Shown here: positions 1-9,987 of the stretch, in pieces
How positions within the stretch are numbered: the first letter of the stretch is position 1
Layout of the letters: each line of letters starts with the position of its first letter
NCBI GenBank assembly: GCA_021604805.1
Contig: BQJR01000001.1
Location: 987,102-1,051,101 of the forward strand
Direction: 5' to 3'
DNA from: Planctomycetota bacterium
Lineage (GTDB): Bacteria > Planctomycetota > B15-G4
Length of the DNA: 64,000 bases
The notes under the pieces: model-generated
Told to the model about the DNA's origin: nothing
Seen by the model: only the letters and a program-made list of their open reading frames with translations
The model's database searches: none
Program-made: the position numbers and the translations under genes

Positions 1-53
1 ACGAGTTCCATGTTGCCCGGGCCGCCCGCCTGAGGCCGCCGCAGAGCCGACGC

Positions 54-800
54 TCAGTCGCTCTCGGTGAGCAGCCCGAGCTGCTGCAGCTGACGCTCGG
101 CCTGTTCGGCCCAACCCCTGTTCGCCAGCGGACTTGCGGGTGACGGGTGCAGGATCCGCCCCAAAGGTGGCGCCTCTGCACCGAGCGCGACTTCGGCCCG
201 CTTCTGCGCGAAGACCCCCACTCCGAGAATCCTCGCGGGGGACAACAGCCGCACGATCTCGAGAAGCGAGGCGTCGCAGACACCTTCGAGAGCGGCGCGC
301 TCGGCGGCGGGCAACTTATCGGGCGTACGGTTGCGTCCGCTGCTCTCCATGAATGCCAAGGGGCACCAGTTCCACACGAAGAAGCGCTCGAAGAAGGCTT
401 CGGGGCTGCCGAAGCGTTGCGCCGCCCAACCCCACAGGCGCGCGCCACTCACCTCCGAGCGCGTGCACTCCAGGCCCGAGACCACACGCTTGGGATGTTC
501 TTGCGCAGGACGCCCGACCGCTCCGCGCAACTGCATCCAGTCGCGCACATGAGCAACTTCGCCGAAGGGCACGCCGGTCTGCGACATGCCCCACGGCCCC
601 GGGTTCATCCCCAGCAAGAGCACGCGCCCACGACGCGCGCCGAAGCGCGTGAGGTAGGCCTCGCCGAGTTCACGCGCGTAGTCGAGCGGGTTGTACACGT
701 GCGTGACCGGTTCGGCGAAACGCAAGGCCGACACGCGCGCACTCAGGGCGCGCACGGCCTCGATCAACGCCGCGGTCTGCGCGCCTCCGGCCCCCACCAC
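54..800 (-). CDS. SMUG1-type (family 3) uracil-DNA glycosylase
   Basis: 248-aa ORF. Motifs GMNPGPWGMSQTGVPFGE and HPSPASPLANRGW match the two catalytic motifs of SMUG1-family UDGs. High GC3 in this frame. Confidence 0.85.
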   Translation of the reverse strand: MVGAGGAQTAALIEAVRALSARVSALRFAEPVTHVYNPLDYARELGEAYLTRFGARRGRVLLLGMNPGPWGMSQTGVPFGEVAHVRDWMQLRGAVGRPAQEHPKRVVSGLECTRSEVSGARLWGWAAQRFGSPEAFFERFFVWNWCPLAFMESSGRNRTPDKLPAAERAALEGVCDASLLEIVRLLSPARILGVGVFAQKRAEVALGAEAPPLGRILHPSPASPLANRGWAEQAERQLQQLGLLTESD

Positions 801-2630
801 TCAGGCGTAGCTGTGCAGGCCGGTGATCAGGAAGTTGATCACGATCCAGTTGAAGAGCATCACGCCCGCGCCGATCAGCGCCAGCCATGCCGTCCACAGA
901 CCTTTGTCACGCACCTTGATGCGCGTGTGCACGAGCACGGCGAACACGAGGAAGGTGTTCAGCGCGAAGACTTCCTTGGGGTCCCATCCCCAGGGACGGC
1001 CCCAGCTGTGGTCGGCCCAGATCGCGCCCATGACGAGGCCCGCCCAGAGCATCACGAAGGAGAGTTCCATGAGCACCATGGTCACGCCGTCGAGCACGCG
1101 CGCGATGCGGGCGCCGTCACCGGCGGTCATCTCGAGGGCACCGCCTGCGTTCACTCGCGCGCTGTCTTGCTGCGCGGCTTCGAGGCTGCTGGCCACGGAC
1201 ATCTGCGCGATCTCGGAACCTGCGCCCGCTGCCGACAGCGACTCGGTGCCACCGAAGCGCACGAACTCCGCGGCGCCGCCGCACGCGCGATGCAGCAGGT
1301 AGAGCAGCGCCGACACCGCCGCCATGAAGATCAGCACGTAGCTCCAGATGATCACGTTCGTGTGGATGTACAACCACACGTCGTGCAACACCGGCATCAT
1401 GTTCGAGATGTTCGGGTCGAGGTAGAGCGGCAGGTAGTAGGCGCACATGAAGGCCACCATCGAGGCGACGGCCGAGGTGAGCGCGAACACGTTGCGCAGG
1501 GCGGTGCGCCGTCCGAACCATTCGAAGATCAGTGCGGCGGCGCCACCGAACCAGGCGGCGGTCGTGACGGCTTCGAACATGTTCGAGTTGGGCCAGCGTC
1601 CTGCCACCCACCAGCGCAAGCCGATCGCGCCGGTGTGGAACAGGAAGGCGATCACGAACAAGCTGAGACCGGTGGCGCGCGCCCCCTTCCACGGGTGCAC
1701 GATGCCGATCAGCAGCGCCGCCACCGCGAGCAGGTAGACCATCCAGATCCAGGTGAGGTTGTAGAGCCGGAAGTAGGTCGTCTCCCAGGCGAGCTTCGAG
1801 GCGGTCGGGTAGACCTCGGGGTTCAGACCGCGCAAGGTCGACGCGAGTTCGGCTGACAAGCTCTCGACCTGGGCGCGATCCTCGGCGCGCCACGCCACGC
1901 GTAGGTTGTCGAGCGCGGGTTCGAGCACGGCGAGTTGCTCGGCGCCGAGGTGTGACATCGACACCTCGTGCGCGTCGTGGCCGTCGTGCGGGGCGTGCAC
2001 GTCGCCCAGACCGATCCAGGGCGTGTCGCTCGGCGACCCCGGCATGGGCGGCACCAGCCGCAGGCCGCGTCGCAGGAAGTCGGGGCGCTTCACCGCCAAG
2101 GCCGACTGGATCGCACGCGCGAACTTCTGCGGCCCGAGCTGGTTGCGTTCGGCGCGCTGCAGCACGGCGCGCACGGCCGGCTCGTCGAGCAGCACCTCAG
2201 AGATGCGGCCTTCGTTCAAGAAGCGTTCGCGCGCGATGTCGTGGAAGCGCGCTTCGGGGCTCACCGTGCGCCGACTCGCCAGCGCACTCGCGATCTGCGC
2301 GCGCAGCGGCTCGTTCTTCACGAAGATCACCGGAGCCTCGGCGTACTCCTCGGGGCGGAAGAGCATGTCGAGGTAGGTGTAGGTCGACGACTGACCGCGA
2401 TAGCTCTTCGGCCCGGTCACGAAACCCACACGCTGGTGCGCGAAGGACGCCAGCGCCTTGAGACGACCGTCGTCGTGCACGGCGAGGTGTTCGAGATCGC
2501 TCAGGTTCACCGCGGCGGCGAAGCCGGTGGCCTCGTCGCCACCACGCCTGCCGCGCGACGCCGATCCCGCCACCACGAGCAGCACGACCAACACGACACA
2601 CAGCTTGAACTTGCCCTGGTAGGTCATCAC
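801..2630 (-). CDS. ccsA: System II cytochrome c biogenesis protein CcsA (heme exporter/lyase) with a long N-terminal periplasmic extension
   Basis: 609-aa ORF. The C-terminal half is polytopic and carries the Trp-rich WWD-type motif WGRPWGWDPKEVFAL and conserved His residues. An N-terminal signal anchor is followed by about 290 aa of soluble region. The start overlaps the resB stop by 4 nt. Confidence 0.88.
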   Translation of the reverse strand: MMTYQGKFKLCVVLVVLLVVAGSASRGRRGGDEATGFAAAVNLSDLEHLAVHDDGRLKALASFAHQRVGFVTGPKSYRGQSSTYTYLDMLFRPEEYAEAPVIFVKNEPLRAQIASALASRRTVSPEARFHDIARERFLNEGRISEVLLDEPAVRAVLQRAERNQLGPQKFARAIQSALAVKRPDFLRRGLRLVPPMPGSPSDTPWIGLGDVHAPHDGHDAHEVSMSHLGAEQLAVLEPALDNLRVAWRAEDRAQVESLSAELASTLRGLNPEVYPTASKLAWETTYFRLYNLTWIWMVYLLAVAALLIGIVHPWKGARATGLSLFVIAFLFHTGAIGLRWWVAGRWPNSNMFEAVTTAAWFGGAAALIFEWFGRRTALRNVFALTSAVASMVAFMCAYYLPLYLDPNISNMMPVLHDVWLYIHTNVIIWSYVLIFMAAVSALLYLLHRACGGAAEFVRFGGTESLSAAGAGSEIAQMSVASSLEAAQQDSARVNAGGALEMTAGDGARIARVLDGVTMVLMELSFVMLWAGLVMGAIWADHSWGRPWGWDPKEVFALNTFLVFAVLVHTRIKVRDKGLWTAWLALIGAGVMLFNWIVINFLITGLHSYA

Positions 2631-5083
2631 ACCGCTCCTGCCGAGGTGGAGGCGCGCTCACGTGCGCGCGCGATCAGCCGACGTCGCAACACCGGCTTCA
2701 CGTAGAAGGCGTAGATCATGCCGAGCACGGCGATGCAGCAACCCAGCAGCTGGATCAGCACGCCGTGACGGTTGCCCACGCCGAGCACCGTGTAGTTGAG
2801 GCCCTTGCTGGGCACGTCGCCTTGCCCGCGCGACGGACTCGGCGGGTCCCACTCCATCTGGAAGTAGGAGAGACCCTCGTGTTCGGCGGGTGAGTTCACG
2901 CTCACCGGCATGCGCGAGCTGTAGCTGCCGTCACTGTTCACGAAGCGCACCTGGCTGGTCCAGTCGCGGATGCTCAACGTGCTGCCGGTGTAGCCGCCTT
3001 GGTGTTCGGTGAGCGTGAAGTCGTCGAGCACCACGGGCGAGGGCAGCGCGAAACGCTGACGCGAGAGCACCACCTGATAGGTGCGGCCGTCGCGCATCGA
3101 GATCTCTGTCGGGTCGTAGTTGAAGCGCCGCAGGTTGTCGCGCTGCGAGTTGAGCGGGTAGTGGTGGTACGGCACCCACACGTGACCTTCGCGGCTTCCG
3201 GGAACTTCGAGCCCGATCATCGCCGAGCGGTGACGCACCTGACTCTCGCGCTCGCGGATCGGCACCCGGAAGGGGCGCGCCTCCACGCGGCTGTGCGACG
3301 CGAACCCATCGATGCGCAGCGTGGCGCCGGCACCCAAGGACACGCGCTCACCGACTTCCACAGGCATGTACACGCCGCGCTGGCTCGGGTCGATGTTCAA
3401 CACCACGCCGAGCTCGTGCGGTTCCGGGCCCGCCAGGATCGAGATCGGTGCGGGCTGACGCGCGGCCACGTAGCGGATGTCGATGACGTCTTCGAAACCT
3501 TCGAGTTCCTGGCCGGGCGTGGGCGCGATGTTGCGACGCCCGTCGGGCATCAACTGGCTCGGCTGCAGGTCGACGTTGCGCTCCACGTTCGTGCCGTCGA
3601 ACACGAAGCGCCGCCAGTGGCGATCGTCCTCGGTGCTGCGCAGCTCCACGCTGGCCAGCGAGCCGGTGAACTCGACGTCTTTGAAGTCTTGGATGAACTC
3701 CACGCGGAACTCCACGTCGGAGCCGGGCACGGCGTTCCATGCCAACTCTTCGTCGTTGAGCACCACGGCCTCGACCTCGTGGTCAGCGACCTCGCTCCCG
3801 CCGGGCGCCGACACGATCACGCGCGGCGGCGCGACCTCGCCGAAGGCGGTCTTCTCCTGCTCGCTCTGCAGCCAGAAGAAACCCACGAAGCCTTCGTCGG
3901 CCTGCCACTGATCTTCGTCGAAAGCCACCAGCGTGTAGGGCCACTCGTTGCCGGCCAACTCCTCGAGCACGATGTCCACGTAGGGATCGTGCGGGCCGCC
4001 CGCCGCGCGTTGCACCTGCATGCGGGCGTAGCGCAGGTAGTCGGTGATGCGCAGCACGGTGTCGGGCAGCGGGTCCGCAGCGCTGTTCGCGGCCACGGCC
4101 ACGCTCAAGGGATGCACCGGCGCGGGGTCACCCGGCGCGCTCCAGATCTCCTCGCCGGAACGCACCGAATCGTTGTAGAGCGGCAGGTCGTTCACCGGAC
4201 GCTGCACCCATTCGCTGGGGACGCCGCCGGTGATCTCGCGCAGGTAGAGCGCCCACGACTTCTGCACCCAGTGCGCGAGGTACACGTGGCGACTCGGCGC
4301 GAGCTGCAGGCTGAGCTGCATGTCGTCGTAGGCGAGGGGTTCGCCGGACACCTCGAGCGCGGGCTTCATGGGCTGCATCGGGTCGTCGGTCTGCACCAGG
4401 TCGGCGCTGAGTTCGGGACGACCGTCGACCAGCGTGCGCAGGAAGCGCGCACCGTCGGAGCGTTCCACGAAGACCTGCGCCTGGAAGTGCGTGGGCGCGT
4501 CGGCGGCGGCCTCGGGGTCGTGCCACTCGGGGTCCACGCCCCAGATGCGCACGCGCGTCTGCCCGAGGTCGATGGCGTTGCCCGGGATCATCGGCAGGCT
4601 CGCGCGCTGCCCGCTCGGCGTGACGATCGCCAGCTCGCGGCGCAGCACAGGCACGTCGCCCTCGACCTTGCTCGCGAAGTAGATCCACGAACCGAGACAC
4701 AGGATCAGGATGCCGGTGTGGATCAGCCAGACGCCCAGGTTGATCACGTTCAGCGGGATACGGCGCAACGTGGCCACGACCACGTTCACGCAAATCAGAC
4801 CCACGAGCAGATCGAAGGGCCACCAGTGGAACCACTCGAACTCCGTCATCTCGAAGGGGCGCCACTGACGCAGCTGGGCGTGCACCCACGAGCTGCTGTC
4901 GAAGAGCGCGAAGCTCTTGGGGTAGAGCACGCCGGCCGAGCCGATCGAGCAGTACAGGAACAGCAAGCCCAGCAGCCAGACACCGGTGGTGATGCTGCTG
5001 AACGGGTCCAGCACTCGGGAGAGCAGCGAGCGTTGCTGGGCGGTCATGGAAGGCCGTCCTTCAGGGGGTTTCGAACCGATCAT
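2627..5083 (-). CDS. resB: System II cytochrome c biogenesis protein ResB/Ccs1
   Basis: 818-aa ORF. N-terminal TM helices (VWLLGLLFLYCSIGSAG...) are typical of ResB, followed by a large periplasmic domain and a C-terminal TM helix. It lies directly upstream of ccsA and is coupled to it. An alternative start at 5047 (MTAQQ) is preceded by AAGGA. Confidence 0.8.
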   Translation of the reverse strand: MIGSKPPEGRPSMTAQQRSLLSRVLDPFSSITTGVWLLGLLFLYCSIGSAGVLYPKSFALFDSSSWVHAQLRQWRPFEMTEFEWFHWWPFDLLVGLICVNVVVATLRRIPLNVINLGVWLIHTGILILCLGSWIYFASKVEGDVPVLRRELAIVTPSGQRASLPMIPGNAIDLGQTRVRIWGVDPEWHDPEAAADAPTHFQAQVFVERSDGARFLRTLVDGRPELSADLVQTDDPMQPMKPALEVSGEPLAYDDMQLSLQLAPSRHVYLAHWVQKSWALYLREITGGVPSEWVQRPVNDLPLYNDSVRSGEEIWSAPGDPAPVHPLSVAVAANSAADPLPDTVLRITDYLRYARMQVQRAAGGPHDPYVDIVLEELAGNEWPYTLVAFDEDQWQADEGFVGFFWLQSEQEKTAFGEVAPPRVIVSAPGGSEVADHEVEAVVLNDEELAWNAVPGSDVEFRVEFIQDFKDVEFTGSLASVELRSTEDDRHWRRFVFDGTNVERNVDLQPSQLMPDGRRNIAPTPGQELEGFEDVIDIRYVAARQPAPISILAGPEPHELGVVLNIDPSQRGVYMPVEVGERVSLGAGATLRIDGFASHSRVEARPFRVPIRERESQVRHRSAMIGLEVPGSREGHVWVPYHHYPLNSQRDNLRRFNYDPTEISMRDGRTYQVVLSRQRFALPSPVVLDDFTLTEHQGGYTGSTLSIRDWTSQVRFVNSDGSYSSRMPVSVNSPAEHEGLSYFQMEWDPPSPSRGQGDVPSKGLNYTVLGVGNRHGVLIQLLGCCIAVLGMIYAFYVKPVLRRRLIARARERASTSAGAV

Positions 5084-5229
5084 CCTACGCTTTCGGGGCA
5101 GCGCCCACGAGCGCAGCTGACGCCGAGCAGTAGGCCTTTTCCGGCGCTGGGGAGCGCGCCGAGGCCACAGCCGATTGCCACCCGGAGCGCCGCTTGAGAC
5201 GGCCCTCCCGGCGCGTAGGCTGGGACGCC

Positions 5230-6429
5230 ATGACCACGTCCCGCGCCTTGCCAGTGTTGTTCCTGTTTCTGAGTCTCGCGGCCTGCGCCGCGCCCACCCG
5301 CGAAGCCGAGTGGGACCGCCCGCTGCCCCCGGGCCAGAGCGCGCTGCGCCGTCTGCCCGACAACTGGCCGCGCCCCGACATCTCGCACCAGTGGGCCGAC
5401 CGCGCGCGCATCCTGCCGGCGCTCGAGAACTCGATCCAATGGATGGGCAAACCGAGCAGCCCCACGCACTTCCCGATGGCGGACATCACGCACGCGCGCG
5501 CCGCGGCGAGCCTCGAACGCTTCCGCGAGTTGCTGCAGACCAGCGCCAACTCAGCGGCCTTCGCGAGCGCCATCGAGAAGGAGTTCGACGTCTACCAGAG
5601 CGTGGGTTGGGACGGCCGCGGTGGCGGCACCTTGTTCACGGCGTACTGCACGCCGATCCTCGAGGGCAGCCTCACGCGCGACGCGACGCACCGCTTCCCG
5701 CTCTACGGCTTGCCCGCCGACCTCGCCAAGGGTGAAGGCGGCAAGATCCTCGGGCGGCGCGGCGCCGACGGTCGCATCACGCCCTACCCAACGCGCGCGC
5801 GCATCGAAGACAACAAGTTGCTCGAAGGCCAAGGTCTTGAACTCTGCTGGCTCGCCGATCCGCTCGACGCCTTCATCGCGCACGTGAACGGCAGCGCCGT
5901 GGTGCGCCTCCCTGACGGCAAGTTGCTGCGCCTCGGTTACGCGGGCAAGAACGGCGCCGAGTACGCATCGCTGCGCGCGGAACTGGAACGTCGCGGGGAG
6001 TTGCGCGACGACGACCGCGGGCTCGAAGGCCTGCGCCGCTGGGCCGCGCGCACGCCCGAACGCGAAGTGATCAGCGCCTTGCACGTCAACCCGACCTACG
6101 TGTTCTTCACCCCCATCGACGGCACGCCGCGCGGCAGCCTGAACGTGCCCGTGACCGCGCGTCGCACCATCGCCACCGACAAGTCGCTCTTCCCCCGCGG
6201 CGCGCTCGTGTACGTGGACGCAGGCGGCGTGGGTCGCGGCGGCCGCAGCTTCCGTCAACTCATGCTCGACCAGGACACAGGCGGCGCGATCCGCACCGCC
6301 GGCCGCGCCGACCTCTACCTCGGCACTGGCGACTACGCCGAGAAGCAAGCCGGCGAGACGGTCCTGCAAGGCCAGATGTACTACCTGTTCCTGAAGGAGC
6401 CAGCGCGCCGCGGCCACGCGCGCGGCTGA
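5230..6429 (+). CDS. mltA: Membrane-bound lytic murein transglycosylase A (lipoprotein)
   Basis: Lipoprotein signal (LFLSLAAC). MltA-type body with the C-terminal 3D-domain motif DTGGAIRTAGRADLYLGTG. The ORF track starts at 5194. I prefer ATG 5230, which gives a proper signal peptide. Confidence 0.85.
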   Translation: MTTSRALPVLFLFLSLAACAAPTREAEWDRPLPPGQSALRRLPDNWPRPDISHQWADRARILPALENSIQWMGKPSSPTHFPMADITHARAAASLERFRELLQTSANSAAFASAIEKEFDVYQSVGWDGRGGGTLFTAYCTPILEGSLTRDATHRFPLYGLPADLAKGEGGKILGRRGADGRITPYPTRARIEDNKLLEGQGLELCWLADPLDAFIAHVNGSAVVRLPDGKLLRLGYAGKNGAEYASLRAELERRGELRDDDRGLEGLRRWAARTPEREVISALHVNPTYVFFTPIDGTPRGSLNVPVTARRTIATDKSLFPRGALVYVDAGGVGRGGRSFRQLMLDQDTGGAIRTAGRADLYLGTGDYAEKQAGETVLQGQMYYLFLKEPARRGHARG

Positions 6430-6536
6430 GCGGCACCGACGAAGCGGCGCCCGCCTCGCGCCGCAGAATCCACGTGGCTGCGACCGCTCCTCGGTGACAG
6501 CGCTGCGCAGCTTGCAGGCGGTGGTAGCCTGCGCGG

Positions 6537-9371
6537 ATGCATCGCCGCAGAGTCTTGTGGGTCGCGCTGTTCACGCTGGGGATGCTCGCGATCCTGTGGC
6601 TGATGCGCGAGGACCCGATCGTTGTCGAGCCGGTCGGAGCGCTGCTCGATCGGGGCCGCGCACCCGCGGCGCTCGACACGTCGCCAAGCGCGACGGGCGC
6701 GAGCGTCGCACAACCGAGCGAGCTCGCCGCGCCTGCAAGCTCTGCCGTCGACGACGCAAGCGCCGAGCTTCCCGACGGCCCGCCCGCCCCCGAGGTCGTG
6801 ATCGCCGCGCTGTCCGGTCGCGTGCTCGATCCTAAGGGCGTGCCGCTGCCCGGCGCGCGCGTGACCTACGTGCCGGGGCGCGCACAAGCCTCGCTCTTCG
6901 AAGGCAGCGACGCGTACCCGTACGACCTGAGCGCGCTCCCGCAAACGCTGACCGACGGCGCAGGCCGCTTCGCGCTCGACGTCCCGTGGACCGGCGGCGC
7001 GTCGAGCGGCGGTTGGCCGTATGGCCCCGACCTGATCATGGAGCACGCCGACTTCGCGACCACGTCGGCGCCGTGTCGCGGCATGCGCGGCGGTGGGCAC
7101 GACGTGGGCGACCTGCGCATGGAAGCCGGCGCCTGGTTCCACGGGCGCGTCGTCGACGAACACGGCGTGGCGCTCGCCGGTGTCGACGTCGCTGCCTTCG
7201 TGCGCGCGCCGAAGCTGCCTGACGACCGCATCCCCTACCGCGGCGCGCTCGAGATGGCGCTGCACAACATCACGGACGCGAGCGGGCGCTTCCGCACATC
7301 GGGCCTGCAACCCGGCAACGTGATCGTGGAGATCGGACACCCCGGCTACATCCATCTCTGGCTGACTTCCATCGACGACGACCACCAGCTCTACGCCACG
7401 CCCGGCAGCGAGCAAGACCTCGGCGACATCGTGCTCGCGCGCGGCTTGTCGGTATCCGGCATGGTAGTGGACGAAGCTGGCGAGCCTGTGCCCGACGCGC
7501 AGGTGGTCGTGTCACCGCGCGATCAAGCCGAGGCTTTTGAGGACTACGCGCACCCCGACACGCTGCCCTGGGAGTTCCAAGCCGCGCTCGACGACAACCG
7601 CAGCGCCAAGGGCCGCAGCGACGCCGCCGGACACTTCCTGATCCGCGGCTTGGAGGAAGGTTCGGTGGCGGTCTACGCGCGCGCGCCCGGCTTGCTGATC
7701 GGCAAACAGGCGTCGCTCGCTGCCGGCACGGAACGCGCGCACGTGGTGTTGCCTGCGGGCGGCGTCTTCGAGATCGAGTTGGTCGACGCGGTCACGGGTG
7801 AACCGCTGCCGGGATTGAGCTTCGAGCTGCACCGCCAAGCGTTCAAGCACTCAACGCCACTCGTCATCAGCGAGCGAGGCCTCGGCAAGTACCGCGCCTC
7901 ACCGGTGGGTCCGGGCGAGCACCTGCTCGTCGTGCGCCGACCGGGCTACGCCACCTCACTCGGTCGACTCCACGGGCTGCGCTCCGGCGACACGCGCGAG
8001 ATCACGTTGCGACTTCACCCCGAAAGCCTGCTCACCGGTCGCGTCGTCGACGAACGGGGAGCTCCGGTCGAGGGTGTCAGCGTGTGGGCATCATCAGGCG
8101 ACGACGTGAGCGGCCCCTTCGGTGTCGGGCCTGCGGCGGACGACGGGACCACCGTCACGCTCTTCACAGGTGAGTCGGGTGACACGACCGCGCACGACGG
8201 ACGCTTCCGTCTCGATGCACTCGGCCCCGGACTGATCTCGTACAGACTCGATGCCTCGGATCGTGTCAGCGACGACGACATCCACACGCTCGAGCTCGCT
8301 CCCGGCGAACACCGCGACCTCGGCGACATCGTGCTCGCGCTGGCTGGCAAGGTGCAGATCAGCGCGCGCCAAGCGGATGGCTCAGCAGTGGGTCAGCACA
8401 TGCTGCAACTGAACGGGGAGCTCGGAGGTCTCAGCGCCTTCACCGATGTCGACGGCCGCGTCACGATGAGCCAGCTCGCCCCCGGCGACTACACGCTCAC
8501 CGCCGACGGCACCGAGCCGCTGCCCGTGATCGTGCGTGCCGGCGAGACCACGCATGTGGACGTATTGCTGAGCGCGCCGCCGCGCGTGTTCGGTCGCGTC
8601 ACGCGCGCGGGCGTGCCTCAACCCGGCGTGAAGATCTTCGCGCGGGAAGCACGCGCGCAGACCATCTGGGGACGCATGATCGCGGAACGCACCACGCACA
8701 CTGATGCCGACGGCCGCTACGAACTCGCGCTGCCTTCGGCCGAGGCCTTCCATGTGAGCGCGACGAGCACGTCCCACACGCGCTTGGAAGTGTTGCACGA
8801 CTTCGCTTGGGACGAGCAACGCCGCGTGGACTTCGTGTTCGACAGCGGCACGCTCTCGGGCACGCTGCACGCAGCCGACGACGGCCGCCCGCTGGGCGAC
8901 ATTGGCGTCGAGCTGCACCCCGTCGCGGACGGCGCCGCGATCGTGCGCGCCAACACTCGCAGCAGCGCCGACGGCCGCTGGTCCTTCGACGAACTCACGC
9001 CGGGTGCCTACACCCTGCGCGCGTGGCAACCCGACTTCGCCTTCTTGCACGCCGGCCCCTTCACCACCGACAGCGGCGAGGAGATCGCGCTGTTGCTGCA
9101 ACCCGCCGCGATCCTGCACGGCACACTCACACGCCCCGGCATCGAGATGGTCCCCGACGACACGCCGCTGCGCTTGGAGTCACGCTCTGGCGCGTTGCTC
9201 GTCGACGACGTGGACCGCGCGTGGACCGAAGCCGGCACCTACCGCTTCGCCCGTCTCCCCGCCGGCAGCTACCGCGTGCTCGTCGGTGAACCCGACGACG
9301 TGCTGCTCGAAGCGCTCGTCGACCTCGCGGCGGGCGAGACGCGTCGGCTCGACCTCGTGCTGCCGCCTTAG
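6537..9371 (+). CDS. Membrane-anchored protein made of about 9-10 carboxypeptidase-regulatory-like (CarboxypepD_reg / Ig-like) repeats
   Basis: 944-aa ORF. N-terminal TM anchor (VLWVALFTLGMLAILWL). Recurring units of about 85-95 aa have the signature G(R/T)V.D..G.P..GA.V.......(T/S)D..G.F.l..L.PG.Y.l. Confidence 0.75.
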   Translation: MHRRRVLWVALFTLGMLAILWLMREDPIVVEPVGALLDRGRAPAALDTSPSATGASVAQPSELAAPASSAVDDASAELPDGPPAPEVVIAALSGRVLDPKGVPLPGARVTYVPGRAQASLFEGSDAYPYDLSALPQTLTDGAGRFALDVPWTGGASSGGWPYGPDLIMEHADFATTSAPCRGMRGGGHDVGDLRMEAGAWFHGRVVDEHGVALAGVDVAAFVRAPKLPDDRIPYRGALEMALHNITDASGRFRTSGLQPGNVIVEIGHPGYIHLWLTSIDDDHQLYATPGSEQDLGDIVLARGLSVSGMVVDEAGEPVPDAQVVVSPRDQAEAFEDYAHPDTLPWEFQAALDDNRSAKGRSDAAGHFLIRGLEEGSVAVYARAPGLLIGKQASLAAGTERAHVVLPAGGVFEIELVDAVTGEPLPGLSFELHRQAFKHSTPLVISERGLGKYRASPVGPGEHLLVVRRPGYATSLGRLHGLRSGDTREITLRLHPESLLTGRVVDERGAPVEGVSVWASSGDDVSGPFGVGPAADDGTTVTLFTGESGDTTAHDGRFRLDALGPGLISYRLDASDRVSDDDIHTLELAPGEHRDLGDIVLALAGKVQISARQADGSAVGQHMLQLNGELGGLSAFTDVDGRVTMSQLAPGDYTLTADGTEPLPVIVRAGETTHVDVLLSAPPRVFGRVTRAGVPQPGVKIFAREARAQTIWGRMIAERTTHTDADGRYELALPSAEAFHVSATSTSHTRLEVLHDFAWDEQRRVDFVFDSGTLSGTLHAADDGRPLGDIGVELHPVADGAAIVRANTRSSADGRWSFDELTPGAYTLRAWQPDFAFLHAGPFTTDSGEEIALLLQPAAILHGTLTRPGIEMVPDDTPLRLESRSGALLVDDVDRAWTEAGTYRFARLPAGSYRVLVGEPDDVLLEALVDLAAGETRRLDLVLPP

Positions 9372-9390
9372 GCCAGGCGGAGGCTCGCCG

Positions 9391-9458
9391 CGAGCGCGAT
9401 GCCGGCCCGAGCGCGATGCCGGCCCGAGCGCGATGCCGCCGCGAGCGCGAGGCCGGCT
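9391..9458. repeat. Four tandem copies of a 17-nt unit (CGAGCGCGATGCCGGCC)
   Basis: Read directly from the sequence. Copies 1-2 are identical, and copies 3-4 carry 2 and 3 substitutions respectively. A further partial copy (CGAGCGCGAT) lies at 9493-9502. The repeat sits in the intergenic gap upstream of the GntR gene. Confidence 0.9.
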
Positions 9459-9597
9459 CAGGCGCAACGCCGCCGCGGGCGCGAGGCCACCCCGAGCGCG
9501 ATCAGGTCGCGCCCACGTGAGTTCCGCGGCCATGTCGATTTCGTGGCCGAAACTCACCGCCCTTGCCAATGTATCAACGTACGATACAGTGCGACAC

Positions 9598-9987
9598 ATG
9601 ATCCGCATCCAGCTCGAAGCCGACGTCCCGCTCACCGATCAGCTCGTGACCGAGATTCGCGGCGCCATCGCACGCGGCGAGGTCCAGCCCGGCGATCCGC
9701 TGCCCAGCGTGCGCCAGCTGGCCGGCGACCTGGGCATCAACCTGAACACCGTGTCGCGCGCCTACCGCCTGCTCGAAGAGTGCGGACTGGTCTCCACCCA
9801 CCGCGGACGCGGCACGCGCGTGACGGCCGCCCGCGAGGCGCACCCCGCCCTCGACGACCGCTCGCTGCGCAACCGCGCCCGCGCCCTGCTCGCCGACGCG
9901 CGCCTCGCCGCGCTGCCGCGCGAACTCGTCGCGGCGCTGCTGCACGAAGAACTCGACACGCTCTGGTCCAAGGAGGAGTCGTCATGA
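9598..9987 (+). CDS. GntR-family transcriptional regulator (short YtrA-like subfamily)
   Basis: 129 aa. The N-terminal winged HTH (LPSVRQLAGDLGINLNTVSRAYRLLEECGLVSTHRGRGTRV) is the GntR signature. The short C-terminal helical tail is typical of YtrA-type members. It lies in the same frame as the 3' end of track ORF 8902..9987. Confidence 0.85.
   Translation: MIRIQLEADVPLTDQLVTEIRGAIARGEVQPGDPLPSVRQLAGDLGINLNTVSRAYRLLEECGLVSTHRGRGTRVTAAREAHPALDDRSLRNRARALLADARLAALPRELVAALLHEELDTLWSKEESS

Noticed and set aside
147-1856. 569-aa ORF on the plus strand overlapping the UDG and ccsA genes
   Set aside because: It is antisense to two genes with clear family motifs. Its translation is Arg/His/Gly/Ala-rich low complexity, which is typical of a shadow ORF in 70% GC DNA.
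5064-5078. GGTTCGAAACC-like T-loop motif on the minus strand, suggestive of a tRNA
   Set aside because: It lies inside the first codons of resB (ATG ATC GGT TCG AAA CCC), and no acceptor or anticodon stems can be drawn around it. The same applies to GATTCGAGTCC at 45371-45381.
2999-5197. 732-aa ORF on the plus strand
   Set aside because: It is antisense to resB, has no recognisable motifs and has a His/Arg/Val-rich shadow-frame composition.
9391-9458. Tandem repeats at 9391-9458, and also at 54785-54839, considered as CRISPR arrays
   Set aside because: The units are 13-17 nt and directly abutting with no spacers, and no cas genes are present. They are simple tandem repeats.
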